Shown: positions 1 to 12,218 of the stretch, piece after piece
Layout of the letters: each line of letters begins with the position of its first letter
How positions within the stretch are numbered: the stretch's first letter is position 1
From: Phoronis australis
Taxonomy: Eukaryota > Animalia > Phoronida
Length of the DNA: 64,000 bases
Direction of reading: 5' to 3'
Assembly: GCA_002633005.1 (NCBI GenBank)
Contig: NMRA01000461.1
Coordinates: 297,411-361,410 of the forward strand
Notes under the pieces: model-generated
Told to the model about the DNA's origin: nothing
Databases searched by the model: none
What the model saw: the letters and a program-made list of their open reading frames with translations, nothing else
Position numbers and translations under genes: made by a program

Positions 1-189
1 TCACTTTCTAAAAAGCATGCTAAATTTCAATACCACAGCTTCGATTCACCATATGTAGTTTTGTTCTGTTTTGGAATTTCTTTAGGAATCAGTAGAAAGT
101 AAAATAGCAAAGTACCAATTGTAGGAACACGTGATTTAATAGTCTAAAGGATGTTAAAATATTGTTCTTGTCTGTATGTGCAAAAACTC

Positions 190-3100
190 ACTACGTTGCA
201 GACCGGCTGGCGTAGTTTTTGGTTCTTGTTATATCAGCAGATTCCACAATTTAGAACAAAGACAATGGCCAAAGGTGCCATTTTTCCAGTCTAACAAGTA
301 GTGAAGTAAATGTCTTCCTCCTTATTACTTTTGTTGAATAGTTTGACAAACTAAAGTTTTATTACAGTTCCACCATATTGCGTTATAAATTGAGGAATCT
401 TCACTCTATGTGTCAATGTACATGTATAGAGAAGCTACCGCTCTACAATAGGTGGGGGAAATCTTTCTTGGCCACTCAAGTTAAATTGCCATTCTCCTGT
501 TTTCCTCTGCTAATGTGATGTAAACAGAGTAATAAATATACAGCCTGGAGATTAACCAGTGTGCCAACTGGTTTACGACTGTTGAACCTCGGTTTATAAG
601 ACTGATATTGTGCACTCAGAAATTAGAAAGCTGGTAAAAAGCAATGCTGTAAACAAAAGGATTCAAGGTGGTAGAATGTAAGAGTGCCAACAAAATACTA
701 ATTTATCACTGCCAGAACAACAAATTTTAGGGCAAATGAATCCTCAAGTATAACACATGAATAGAATCTATAAAATACACTGTTTTTGTAACAAAAGTTG
801 TTGGGTGTTTTGAGTACTACAGATGCTTAAACTGGAATCACAAATATCTATGGAAAATCAAACGTACAATTAACTTATTCAAAGTTTAGTACGTTGTTAT
901 GCACCTAAACTACTTGAATTCGAAAGTGATGGCTTTAAAATTAAATTGTTTAGTTCTAAATAAAAATGTACAAAGACCTAGCGGTGTGAATGAACCTATT
1001 GTTAGGAATATCTGATAAGTTGCGTAAGTTGCGTCTGAGTGCATGATAGAGCCACTATATACTATCCCTCTTGCAGTTCTCTGGTAGAACTAGCAAAGTC
1101 AACAATGCAGGGTATTAAATAACGTTACAAGGCGTGGCCTGAGCTAGCTAATTCGATTACATTACTGGCAATCACTACCCTGGTGGTGGGTAAATGGGGA
1201 TAGTACACGTATAACCTCCGTCAACTACCGATACTTAGAATGTATTTCTCAGTTTGTGCTTTTCTTAGGCTATTGTTTACAGCACCATCTGTTGCTTAAC
1301 ACATGAGCATGTTTAATATATATAAACTTCGCTTTTTGCAAAGAATGTAGCAACTTAAAGGTTGGCAATTTTTCAAATAATGTTTTAAATGTGATTTATT
1401 CAGTCACGCACGAAAAAAGAAACAATATCCCATACGGAGGTACTCACGAAATGTTTCCCGTATATCTGACGGGCCGTTGATTATAGGAGACAACAAATGA
1501 GATAACAAATGCGAAGAACATAGGGTGTTTACGTAGGGCACGGTGTCCAACGTTTTGTTTGTACATAGAAAGCCCCCAACTTAGACACAACAAATCTAGA
1601 CCATCGTTTTGACACCAGTAGCAGCAGCAATTACACATATGATGAAAACGACAATCAAAGGGTGAATTCAGTACCATTCAGACACGTGCCTACCATTCAC
1701 CTTAACAAAGGCAGGAGAGTATTTGATACCAAATCTAAACGTACCTACTTGTCATGCCAAAATTGCAAATTTGTAAAGACAACACGTTATCTGGTAACTT
1801 TTCTACAGCTAATTCGGACAATAACTAGGATCTCCAATTGTGTGAATATTCGTCAAATAATGAATATTGTTATTGAATTATGTGTATTCTTTGAATGGTA
1901 TTAGTATTCGTTTTCTGCAAAATTGTTGTGGAGCGTTATGGGTACAGAAGCTGGCCAATGAAGTCTAAAACACCATCGCTTTGGTTAACGTTGTAATATA
2001 ACAAAACTGTATGTACTGCATGTCTTTTAACTCTCTTATCTCTTCAACAAAGCAAAGCTGATGATCGGTGCTTCTTGTTATTAGTTATTCCGCACCTAAT
2101 GACGTAATAAGCAATCTTGGGATATCCCGGCGGTTTCCAGTAATACATGGTTGCCGCACTCATGCACGTACGCATAGCTCCTTAAGTAAATGTACGAACT
2201 AGTCGATTTACTGCCCCGGTCAATCTCAATATCGTCATTAGCTCTAATGTTAACACATTCCCCATGAAGTCGGCTTAACAAAAACCGCACTGAATCATGA
2301 GACCCCCGCGATCACGTTTACACCAGCTTCAAAACATTTTCGGGTCCTCGTGCGCTGCATTGGTGTTTACGACATTCCACGCGGCAATGACTATCTTTAC
2401 ACAATTAGGTAACTTACTATACTGCGCTGTGCCAAATCTTTCCTGTCGTGAATTACCTAAACCGAATTCTCAATTCTTAGCTGATACAACGCTTTAGTCA
2501 AGACCTCAATAACGCTGGCAGGTCCCTTTCAAGGAAGAGATGGTTTTTTAAACTTCCCTTTCACAGTCGCCGAATCCAAAATATACAGTTAAGAGATCGA
2601 CAAGATGAAACACGCGCTTGAAACTGACAGGTCTCGGTTTATCAATGATTGACTCGTTTGAACACATTCACGCGCCGTTTCGTGAGCCTTGCAAATCTCC
2701 AATCGGAGGTTCCCGACATGGTCACCAGATGGCTGATTGTTAAATGACATCACAAACGGAAAAAGATGATCTAGCGTCCGATTGTAATAATTGTAATAAA
2801 ATTTATTTCGGACTCACCTTTGTGACGGATTGAGATAGCATCAAGCCTCAGATAAAAGCAGTCATTGAGTCAATAAAAATCACAAAGTGAATTCAGTCAG
2901 TATAATCTGTAAAATACATACATGTATATAGGAATTACTTCACAAAAAAAGTCACTGGCCATTCAGGTACGACTAGCATGCTGTCGGTTCTCTGAATAAT
3001 GTGCAGAGCTCCGTGATATTACAGCCATGGTGATGATCATTTTATCATTTCCTGTCATTGTTTGCTACACTCACTTCAGTTCCTGGATGTAACCTGACTG

Positions 3101-4257
3101 GTATGTGGAGACACATGACGTATTATTCTTCATAACCTGCTGAAGTCAAATGAACAGACGAAACTTTAAATCAATATGAACTGTTTTATTTGTGCTGCGA
3201 TTGTCCGTTTTTCTTTTGACCCTATCATGGTCAAATTATGATGCACTTGATCATGAACTTAACCGAAAATCAATTCAACATAGTGATTCGTTCGACGTTA
3301 AACAACAGTTTTTTTTTTGTATTTAAAAATATCACCATTTTAAAACTCCCTCCAACTCAAATACCATCTTCTTAAGGAAAGGGATCCATCTGGACTGCAT
3401 ATACTCACCATAAAATTATTAGAAAAATCAATAATCTCTTCCAAAGTTCTCTCTTCGGACACACTTCAAGATTTCAATCTCAGCAGCTTCAAAGATGCGC
3501 GCAGTGAGTTTCTTATCATAACAATAGTTCAAACCAATTGCACAGGTTTTGAGCATCGCTCCCGATTTTATGCCATTTCGTATAGCTCTTTGGTTCTAAG
3601 CCTGTCCGAAATGTAATCTAGTTTTGGAGATTCGAACGACGACTCAGGTATTTCGTCAGTTTCCGTAGACAACACTCACTCTTTTATGTTCTGGGTCATC
3701 ATATGACAAAGAAAAACCCATGTCACCGAAGACCATTTTATCCGACCACAGAAAACCGGGACCATCTGACAAGTTAGTCAAGAACTTCTTTCTGCATTAA
3801 TATCTCTAGATGCGATATTAGCAGTCTCATCTGTGCACAGGTTCTTACGGAATGTCGTTGAGAAGGACTGCTACGGTCATGTATCTACACAACCCGATTT
3901 GAGACGTTAACCTATGAACCCTTTGGCATCACTATTTACATGTCCAGGATCTTTCCGACAATCAGTACAGAAATATTTTTGAATACATTTATCTTCCTGT
4001 CTCAAAAACTAATTTTAACAAACGAGACAACCGCGGAAAGTTCTAAGAGAGGAATGTTCATGGGTATAAATGTGTCAACACAGTTTCACCCACAACGAGT
4101 TGGCAATGAACTCGACCAGTAGAATTTTTCACGCTTACATGTAAATAACAGCACTGGCCATAGCCACAATTGACCTATCGCCAGGATTTTGAGTGACGGC
4201 TTAACTGGCCATTCAGAACGCTTCATTATTGACTCACCTTCGTTTCCAAACCGCCAT
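190..4257 (-). pseudogene. Decayed multi-exon coding element of unknown family (copy 1)
   Basis: aaaATGGCG start at 4257. Exons 4238-4257, 3680-3791, 3409-3601, 3075-3136 and 2818-2906 all have GTGAGT donors and chain in phase, given one frameshift in 3409-3601. Further exon-like segments at ~2097-2770, ~1745-1826, ~1448-1700, ~1200, ~440 and ~190-290. Scattered stops and frameshifts throughout. Confidence 0.65.
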
Positions 4258-5187
4258 TTTACCCGACAAACAACACGTTGCTGGGTACAACTTATTGCTT
4301 GTTAGTCGACATTACGCAAGGGTGCGGAGCTTGCGATAGGTCAATTACGTGTATCTGAAACATGGTTGAACTCGATAGATTGAATTTCTCCAAAACTGTT
4401 GGGCTTGTTACATCGATCAATCTGAAAATTTTCACCTCAAACAAACTATTCCCCAGGACATTTTTGATGATTCAGAAAGAGGACTGTCCCAACCTGTTTG
4501 CTCGCTAAATAAATGTTGCAGAAACTGCTTACAGTGCCATTAAGCGCAACAGGCTCTACGATTCCTGAAGCATCATATAAAAACGAGGCAGTTGATAAAA
4601 TATCTCCTCTGGTTAACGTTTTTGTTTTTAAAGAGTTATTCTGAACTGAAAATGTATAAGACTCCATTCAACACAATCTACCAAGGGCGCTTCCTAACGG
4701 TAAGGAGTCCTGCATTAGATTCTTCAACAGCGATCGTCAGGGTCTACGGCAGTAATAACACACTTCGAGTTGCACAAAAATGTGAGAAGGTGTAAACCAC
4801 ATTTGCAAAAAGTGGTGTGGTTATCCGAAAGAGATCAATATCGACGACTGACGGCACTGTGACAGGATTGTTATGGCCGCTGTCTTCCTATTAATTTTCC
4901 GAAGCAAATTTTGAAGAGCGATTCAGTCGTGGTAAGAAGTGAACTTCCATGGCAACTTACACGCAATGATTTCTGGAACTGAAAATAAAGAAGGCACTAT
5001 TGCACGAACTGTCAAAATCGCACGCAGTCAGTTTTATCACAACATTCAGCATCAGCTGAAACTGGCAAATGGCCAAGTCTTATAAAAACAATATCCAACA
5101 TTAATCTAAAGTGCTTTAGATTATTGTGACCGCTTACTGTTATCATTACAGTTACTTGTATTTTTAATACAATCATTACTATTACAG

Positions 5188-5366
5188 GAACTCCATTTTC
5201 ATTGACGTGGGCGTGACATATGTAAGGGAGAACTATGGGGTAGTTTAGCGTCAGGCTTTTGGACGCCATTGGAAACATGGAGTCACATGTCTCGTCGAAA
5301 AATGGAAACCAGGGAAACTCATGGCACCACGGCAGCATCAACGTGGACCGAACGGACATTAAGCAG
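5188..5366 (+). pseudogene. Pseudo-exon paralogous to astacin exon 20 (MAM)
   Basis: Same 179-nt length and same acag/GTAGGG boundaries. Reads TPFSLTWA*HM*GRTMG*FSVRL...GNQGNSW with three in-frame stops (TGA, TAA, TAG). Flanking intron sequence is also alignable. Confidence 0.9.
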
Positions 5367-6488
5367 GTAGGGTTAAAAAAATAGCAATGCAAATGAGCAA
5401 TTTAAGTGGCGTTTCAAGATCGGTAGGATCAGTTGGTGTACTTGAGGGTGAAAAGTATTTTCCTACTAAGTGTACAGTAACACAAAACAGACCTTGCACT
5501 TCATGTGAACTAAGTTCTTTATCCTTAAAAAAAATTGTCGCGTTACAAAGGAATGAAACAAAAATGAGTGATCCTTAATTAACTCGTGTAACCATTCACT
5601 GTTAGTTAGCCATTTTCCCTGCGTTTTTGACCATTGGTGAAAACGATTGCAAATTATGTTGGAACAAATGTACTCTCGTGGACAGGTAGCGCAACAGCGG
5701 AGAAAACTATCATCAAGTGGCCTGGAACTAAAAAAACACACTTTCAGATACAGTACTTGTTAAAAAATCTTGGCGAATCTACATCATGGATACTAGTCTG
5801 GGGACTATTCACTTCGAATACTGCTATACTTTCTTGAGAAAAATCACCCGATTCACTATTTTGGAAACACAGATGAAATGCTGTATAAAGTCATTCTACC
5901 TGATGAAGTTTTCAAATTCCCTTCCCGTCATTTTATATACATGTATGCGTGCGTGAGCTCAATGAACAAGGACAAGCTGCTGCTTGAAATCGTCATTGCT
6001 TTGTTTCCATCAAACGTCAAATATCACGTTTTCCTTGCCGTGTGTAAAAAAAAAATATGCGAAGTGTCGAGTACGTGACAAAGTGTTTCTTTTAAAAATT
6101 GAAACTAATGAAAACATGATTTGGCGTCAACATGAATTTAAAATCTTTACAAACAACCGTAAAAAATAACTTGACCTCGAGCCGTCGAAGATGGATGTGC
6201 GTTTGGTCTTTTTGTGAACATTTTTGTTATTTGGCTGCAAATTTCTTACGAAGTCGCCGAAACAGGATACCGTGAATGGTATTGGAAGAAAGAACAATTG
6301 CCAATGGTTTGTTGAAACCTTGTTTTGTGTAAATTTATTGAGTTTTAGGTTAGCTATGGAGGGGGGGAAGTGAAGCACCCGTGGAAATTCTTGTCGGGAG
6401 TGTCATACCTTGTAGTTTTACATGTAGTGTATTGGGAACGATCAGAAGCTGAGGACGCCTGTGGTATCGACATAAAAAGCATAACCCA

Positions 6489-6949
6489 GGCGTGCGTTCA
6501 GCTGACGCAAGTACCTACGCTAGGACCTAGCTAAAATCTAGTCAATGTTGCATGTTTTCATTTGAAATACACGGCAATATCTCACGTAATTTCGCGATGT
6601 CTTGCTTTTTAGCGAGGTCCTATCGTTATTGAACAGGACTAATGCCTACGAGTAAGCACATTCTGGAGGGCTGGCTCAGTTAGTGGTAGCATATACAGAT
6701 GACCCCGGACATTACACGCCTCAATAACTGCAGTGTGTTTGAGGCCCAGCACGGGCCCTTTTTATGTCGTTCTCAACTCAACCGAGTTCAGAGCGTGTCT
6801 AGACAAAACGTGGCGTGCCTTCAGCAACACTAGGACCAAGCTTAAGTCTAGCTAAATCCACGTGACCTCCTTCAAAATAACACGGCAATATCTCACGTAA
6901 TCTCGCAGAGACTTGCTTTTTAGCGAGGTTCTATAGTTACTGAACAGGA
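6489..6949 (+). repeat. Direct repeat pair (~150 bp) flanking a tRNA-like segment
   Basis: acacggcaatatctcacgtaat..cttgctttttagcgaggt..tgaacagga at 6568-6638 and 6880-6949. Confidence 0.8.
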
Positions 6950-8654
6950 GGCTGGCCTCACTCTGTTTAAGAATCACCCAAGATCTGACCGAGCCTTAAG
7001 CGGCCTCAACGGTAAGTTATTTTCGATCGGCTCTATACCCATTGGGGCAGGTTCTTCTATATTTTGTTAGTTGTACTCAGTCCGGTCTACCCTGCTTGGA
7101 AAATTCCCCACATTAAAAATGCGTACTTATCTACATGTACATAGATGTGGCCAAGCTCATGCAACGGAGTCAAGATATTCACTAGATGACAAAATGCAAA
7201 TTCAATAACAGTTGGTTATTTATGTACAAATTAGCCATGTGCGTCTTTTAAGCATCTTGCCGGATTCGTTTGGTTTGTTTCGTTCCCACCAGAATGTCCC
7301 AGATTCCTCTCCCAGTGAATAAGCGGTTGTCTACTTGATTGAGTTTTGATCGAGTGCAATCGTTTTCGAATCAAGCCACGTTTCATGGCTTCTTTTAATC
7401 AGTCTATTTTTTCATACAGAAAATTTCAGACATAACTATTGAGGAACATGTACTCACAACCAACGAGTCGTCAACAGACCCGTCGGTTCCAATAATCAAA
7501 TTTGTAGTCGCCCATGCGTGGCGCTGGGTGGATGCCTGGAACAATTTGGACTCTGACATCTTTCCACCTCCAGTGTTATAGCAAAACTTGGTAAGACATC
7601 AAACTATATGTACACGTTAGCAGTTTATCAACAATACATCTTGGGAGTTAAGTACTGTCACAGTATTTCAGGGAAAGAGGTGACATTTAGTTTCCGAGTT
7701 TTTGTTATGCAATCGTAAATAAAAAAAATAGTTCAGACCCTACGTTCAACTGATTTCATGTAACACTCAAAGTACAACGGGATGTTTCACGGTTTTTTGC
7801 GGCACTCGCAATTCCCACATGATTATGAAATGCAAAACATCTTGGTGGGAGGCGCCCATAATATTTTCAAACCTACTGTACGCGATAGACGTACGACGAA
7901 TTCCTATCAATTTCGGAGACGTGGTTGAAGTGATCAATTAATAACGTACATGCGTTTGTAAAGTCGCTGCATCCTAATTTTTACTGTGCTTTCAAACGTC
8001 ACCAAAGATCATTTAATAAATGAAGGTGCCTAATTTTGAAAGAATGCCCAAAAAAATTCTTCACTGCAGTATTGAGGGGTGGTCCAAAGTCTAAAATCAC
8101 TTCTATTTGTCCGGTAGCATTCATTTAAATCGATCGTTGGAATTACTTCCTCGTTGGTTTACTAGGTCATTTGTATACTGTCTCCTTCTCTGGGTAGTTT
8201 CCTTTGTTCTATTAGATTCTACATTGATTGACATAATGAGTTAGTTAGTTAACTAATTAGTTAATCAATCAGTGAACCAAAACACGAAGGGCTTTTTTAA
8301 TGCAGCCCGTTATTTCCCGCATTTTGGTAACACTGTTGGTATTTAAAACTAAAAGATATTCCCAACAGGTATGCAAAATAACAGTCGTTTGTGAAGTACA
8401 TAATTTAACATTCGCTATCGGTATCGTCAAAATCACCAAGAGCTCTTAAAAAATTCCAATACCACAGTAACTACAAGTTGAAGGAACAGAATATGAACAA
8501 CAAGGATGAGTTCTTTTTGTTTTTTGACAGCTAAAGCAGGTAGCATTATATTTATATTTTTTTTTCTCTAATCTGTTAAGGGAGGCAACATTTTTCCTCC
8601 TGAGAAAAGCTTTTAGACCTTTTTGGCAAATGTTTGCACAGCTGTGTGCCATTG

Positions 8655-8885
8655 TGTACCCACGTGATCAAGGTTTCATATAGTTTCTTTGTTGGGTTGT
8701 TCTGGATTGACACGGTATGGTGGAATGTATACTTTAACATGGTTTTACTAAATCTGCTTCCTGCTCTAACAAAACCGGGCTTTCTGACTTTAAACCACAT
8801 TGGTGAAATGCAAGTTAGTTCTGAAATTAGGCCACATTTAGTAAGACCGAGTTTAAGCCTTAAACCTGGTTTTGTGAAACCACCG
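8655..8885 (-). mobile_element. Solo left-end fragment of the same Harbinger family, inverted
   Basis: Reverse complement aligns with 9480-9715 and 53580-53815 (e.g. gatttagtaaaacca, aacccaacaaagaaactat). Confidence 0.75.
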
Positions 8886-9794
8886 TTATGAAATCATCTG
8901 GCATTGGCGTCGCCAAACACATTAAGTGCGCCCACTGTGCACAGGAGGGGAACGCCGACAGAGGTGTGAAAAAGGTCCAAAGACGGCTTCGTGTGAGGTC
9001 AGGTGGGAATCACAAAACCTCAGAATCTGACACTGAGATATGTTTTGAGGAGCACATCATTTGCACCTAAATATTTTTTTATTCTTAATTCACTGTGATT
9101 GCTTACAACTCGGGCTTTATTGCTCAATTGTACCTAATTAATTCAAAGTTATGTAGTGCATGCACGGTATCCAGATTTTTACAAGAGTTACATGACTGCA
9201 ATGGCAACAGCTTATATCAAAATGAATGCCATACCAAGAGTGTTAACAATACCCTTACTTTGAAAAATGTTTAGTTCATTCATCAGGTTTGTTATGAAGG
9301 TAGGACTGCAACAGGTACCTCAAATAACAGTGGTTGTCCTGAGCTGTCTATCTGTTGTGGTACGCGAATCTTTCGCTTCGGTTCCGATAACGAGAAGCGC
9401 CACTTAATGGGTATAATGTTTACTAAACTGAAATTTTATTCCACTTACATAGGGAATAGGTGGACATCATCACCCGATTTCATTAACGTGGTTTAACAGA
9501 ACCAGGGTAGACTTAGACATTGTCTTTCTAAACCTGTGTGATTTTAGACCCGGCTTGAATTCCACCAACATGGTTCAAGAGTCTGAAAGACTGGTTTTGC
9601 TGGACAAGGGAGTCTGTTCAGTAAAACCAGCTTAAAAATATCAAAGGCACCCCAGGGACGGGCAAACCCAAGAAAGAAGCTATTGAAATTATTCAATGGA
9701 ACTGTGATCACGTAGGTTTTAATGACAGCACACTGTTGTTGGTACTTGTAAAATCAGTGCACAAGTTTTTCCTGGTGGCTCTGTCATCAACAAA

Positions 9795-10420
9795 ATGAGT
9801 AGAGAAACGTCAGGAAACTTTTTTCCTGAGGAAAAAGGTTAATGCTCTTAGAAGAATTAACTGATGTCAGAGATAACAAGAAAAGTGACGCCAAAACAAG
9901 TAAAAAGAAGCAACAGGTTTGGAGGGACATTGGGTCCAAACTGGCTGCACAGTTTCCGCAATCATAAAAACGCAACGATGAACATTAAATGACTTTTCGA
10001 AACACTCAAATATGAAGGACAAAAAGGATCTTTCAACACTAAAAAGTAGCAAAGGAAATCGGCGGAGGACCAAAGGAGATGGAACTCAGTCAGTAAAACC
10101 AGGTAGTGTTAGACTTGATCCTAAATGATGACGTCATCAGTCCTGGCCGAAATGCTTACGACGATGATTCCCTGCTTTGCCAGTCGGAATCTACGTACGA
10201 GGGACACACTTCAACAGGTACGGGTCAACATTTGAATGTGATGCCTTCAGGTCGGCCACAGTCGATGCAGTCCACAATAACTCAGATGTTACAGGAAGAG
10301 CAAGTCCCGATGTGCTCATGGAGACTTGTACCCGGGACGAGCCGCGAAAGGAATAGACAGCAGACACCGTTTCCCTTTTCGATCCCCGCACATGGTTTGA
10401 GTACACGGAGTACACCGTGA
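9795..10420 (+). pseudogene. Harbinger Myb/SANT-like DNA-binding protein, frameshifted
   Basis: MSRETSGNFFPEEK/LLEEL...NKKSDAKTSKKKQQVWRDIGSKLAAQFP...KR...GGGP, a Myb_DNA-bind_5-like pattern with stops and frameshifts. Confidence 0.8.
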
Positions 10421-11212
10421 GGCAACCAAGAACAAGTCTACTGCACCCCCTACTGAGGGCTAAGTATAGAGGGTGCGCCACAAAGCCACCAAGCTCCATT
10501 GCGCCTGCGATGTCCTGTTTATGCCAGGAAAGCAAAGAAGTCAGAAAAGCCGTCAAGTTCCCGAGGTAGGCAGCCTTATTCGTGTATGAACTTACATTTA
10601 CATACACTGTATAAGCCCCGTTCTTGGAAGGCGTTTTTGCGGAGATACTTGAATAAATAGTCTCCATATCACGGGAATTTTTATGCATTAGAACAAAAAA
10701 TGCGGAACCATTACAGTTATTCAGACGCGTTAATATATAACGTCGTCAACTGATATTTCACTGTTTGAAAAAGTTATATATTCACAATGAATAATTATAA
10801 ACCAACCATAGAGGTAAATTAACCATTAATGTTTATGCCGACAATATATAATTAAATTTTTGACTGTTTGTGAATTTTAAATGTCCGATTAACGAAGAAT
10901 CAGTGAGTTGTATCAATTTTCCTCACTTTTATATAGATTTTTGTGTAACCACGGTTATGGACCTCAAGTAAAGAGTTCTTTTTTAAGAAAAGAAATTATA
11001 GAAAGAAATAAGTACATTAATGTAAGAAAAAACACTCACGATTTTTACCGTGAAACCAGATTTTATTAATTTTTGACAAGTGCATCAAACATATGTTTGT
11101 TGTTTTCAGTTCTTGTGAACAAAATAGATGAATGTATGTATTTATATACGTGTACATCAACAGAAGAGTCTATGGCTTTTTATGAATTTGCATTCCACGC
11201 ACTTCTTTTTTA

Positions 11213-12218
11213 TTACGTGAAATGGTTTTGAATCAGCAAACGTGTGACCACTGGTCATCTTTGCCCGCCATGTGCAACAACATTGATGTTGACGTCTTCA
11301 TCACCATCATCTTCTTGAGGACGAGTTTAATCTTGACATGTTGTGCAGTAGACACAACAACACAGTGAATGCCTGGGCAGTGTCCGTTGGGCACCTAAGT
11401 CGAGAATCTATGCAAATGCAGGAGAAACGTCTCTTAAGTGCCCCAAAACCCTCTTTATGATATTTCGACTTCGTTTGTGGGAAATATTATAACGCACCTC
11501 TGCATCTCTGGTGGTCGTAATACAGGGATCAACAGATATCTTTCACACGGATATCCATTGTCGCCAAGAAGTGAACCCCAGATCCTTCCATTTTAAACCT
11601 TGTCTGCCAGTGTGCTGTTGCGAAATATTGTGCTGTAGTGGGTTGATCCAGTCCAACGAGTTACGACATTGCGAATCGTCATTGATGAGTCGCATACTGC
11701 CTGTGCATTCAACGAGTAGTACCCCTTCCGATTGACGTACGTGACAGGATTCCTGATTACTCGTGGATAAGCAATTTTGATGTGTGCACCATCAACACAA
11801 CCGACAATTTCAGGCAATTCGCAACGCGAAAAAAATCTTTTTGATTCTGTTGGCTTCTGCCGTATCGGGTATCTTAATGTACTGTTATTTCAGTGATGTC
11901 ATCGCCTCGCTTACCCTCCGCACAATCCTGCAGACAGATGCCACACTAAAGCCGCTCAGGTTGCCGGTTGCATTGAATTGCAAACTGGTGAGCACTTGTA
12001 GCGGCTCTGGCGTAATACTCTGGGATCTCAGGGTTATATGTGCTTATGAGGTCCTTCATCGTCTGTTTTGTCATTCGGAACCGGTTTTTGAAGTATGTCT
12101 CGTCATAAAATTCAAAATAGTTAACTCTAGCTCTAAAATTGCCTCGGCGACCCACGCCACGACGTCTTTCGCCTGATCAATAGAACACATGTATATCTCG
12201 CACGTCTGGGTCAGCCAT
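11213..12218 (-). pseudogene. Harbinger (HARBI1-like, DDE_Tnp_4) transposase, frameshifted
   Basis: FKNRFRM; IVGCVDGAHIKI; YVNRKGYYSLNAQAVCD; WTGSTH; FGALKRRFSCI. Confidence 0.92.

Noticed and set aside
1196-1250. VVDGGYTCTIPIY as an actin/ARP phosphate-loop motif
   Set aside because: Resemblance is superficial; the surrounding exons show no other actin-fold motifs.
8888-9070. ORF with CAHC...CFEEH resembling a piggyBac C-terminal Cys-rich domain
   Set aside because: Too few conserved cysteines, and no adjacent transposase or TTAA-flanked TIRs were found.
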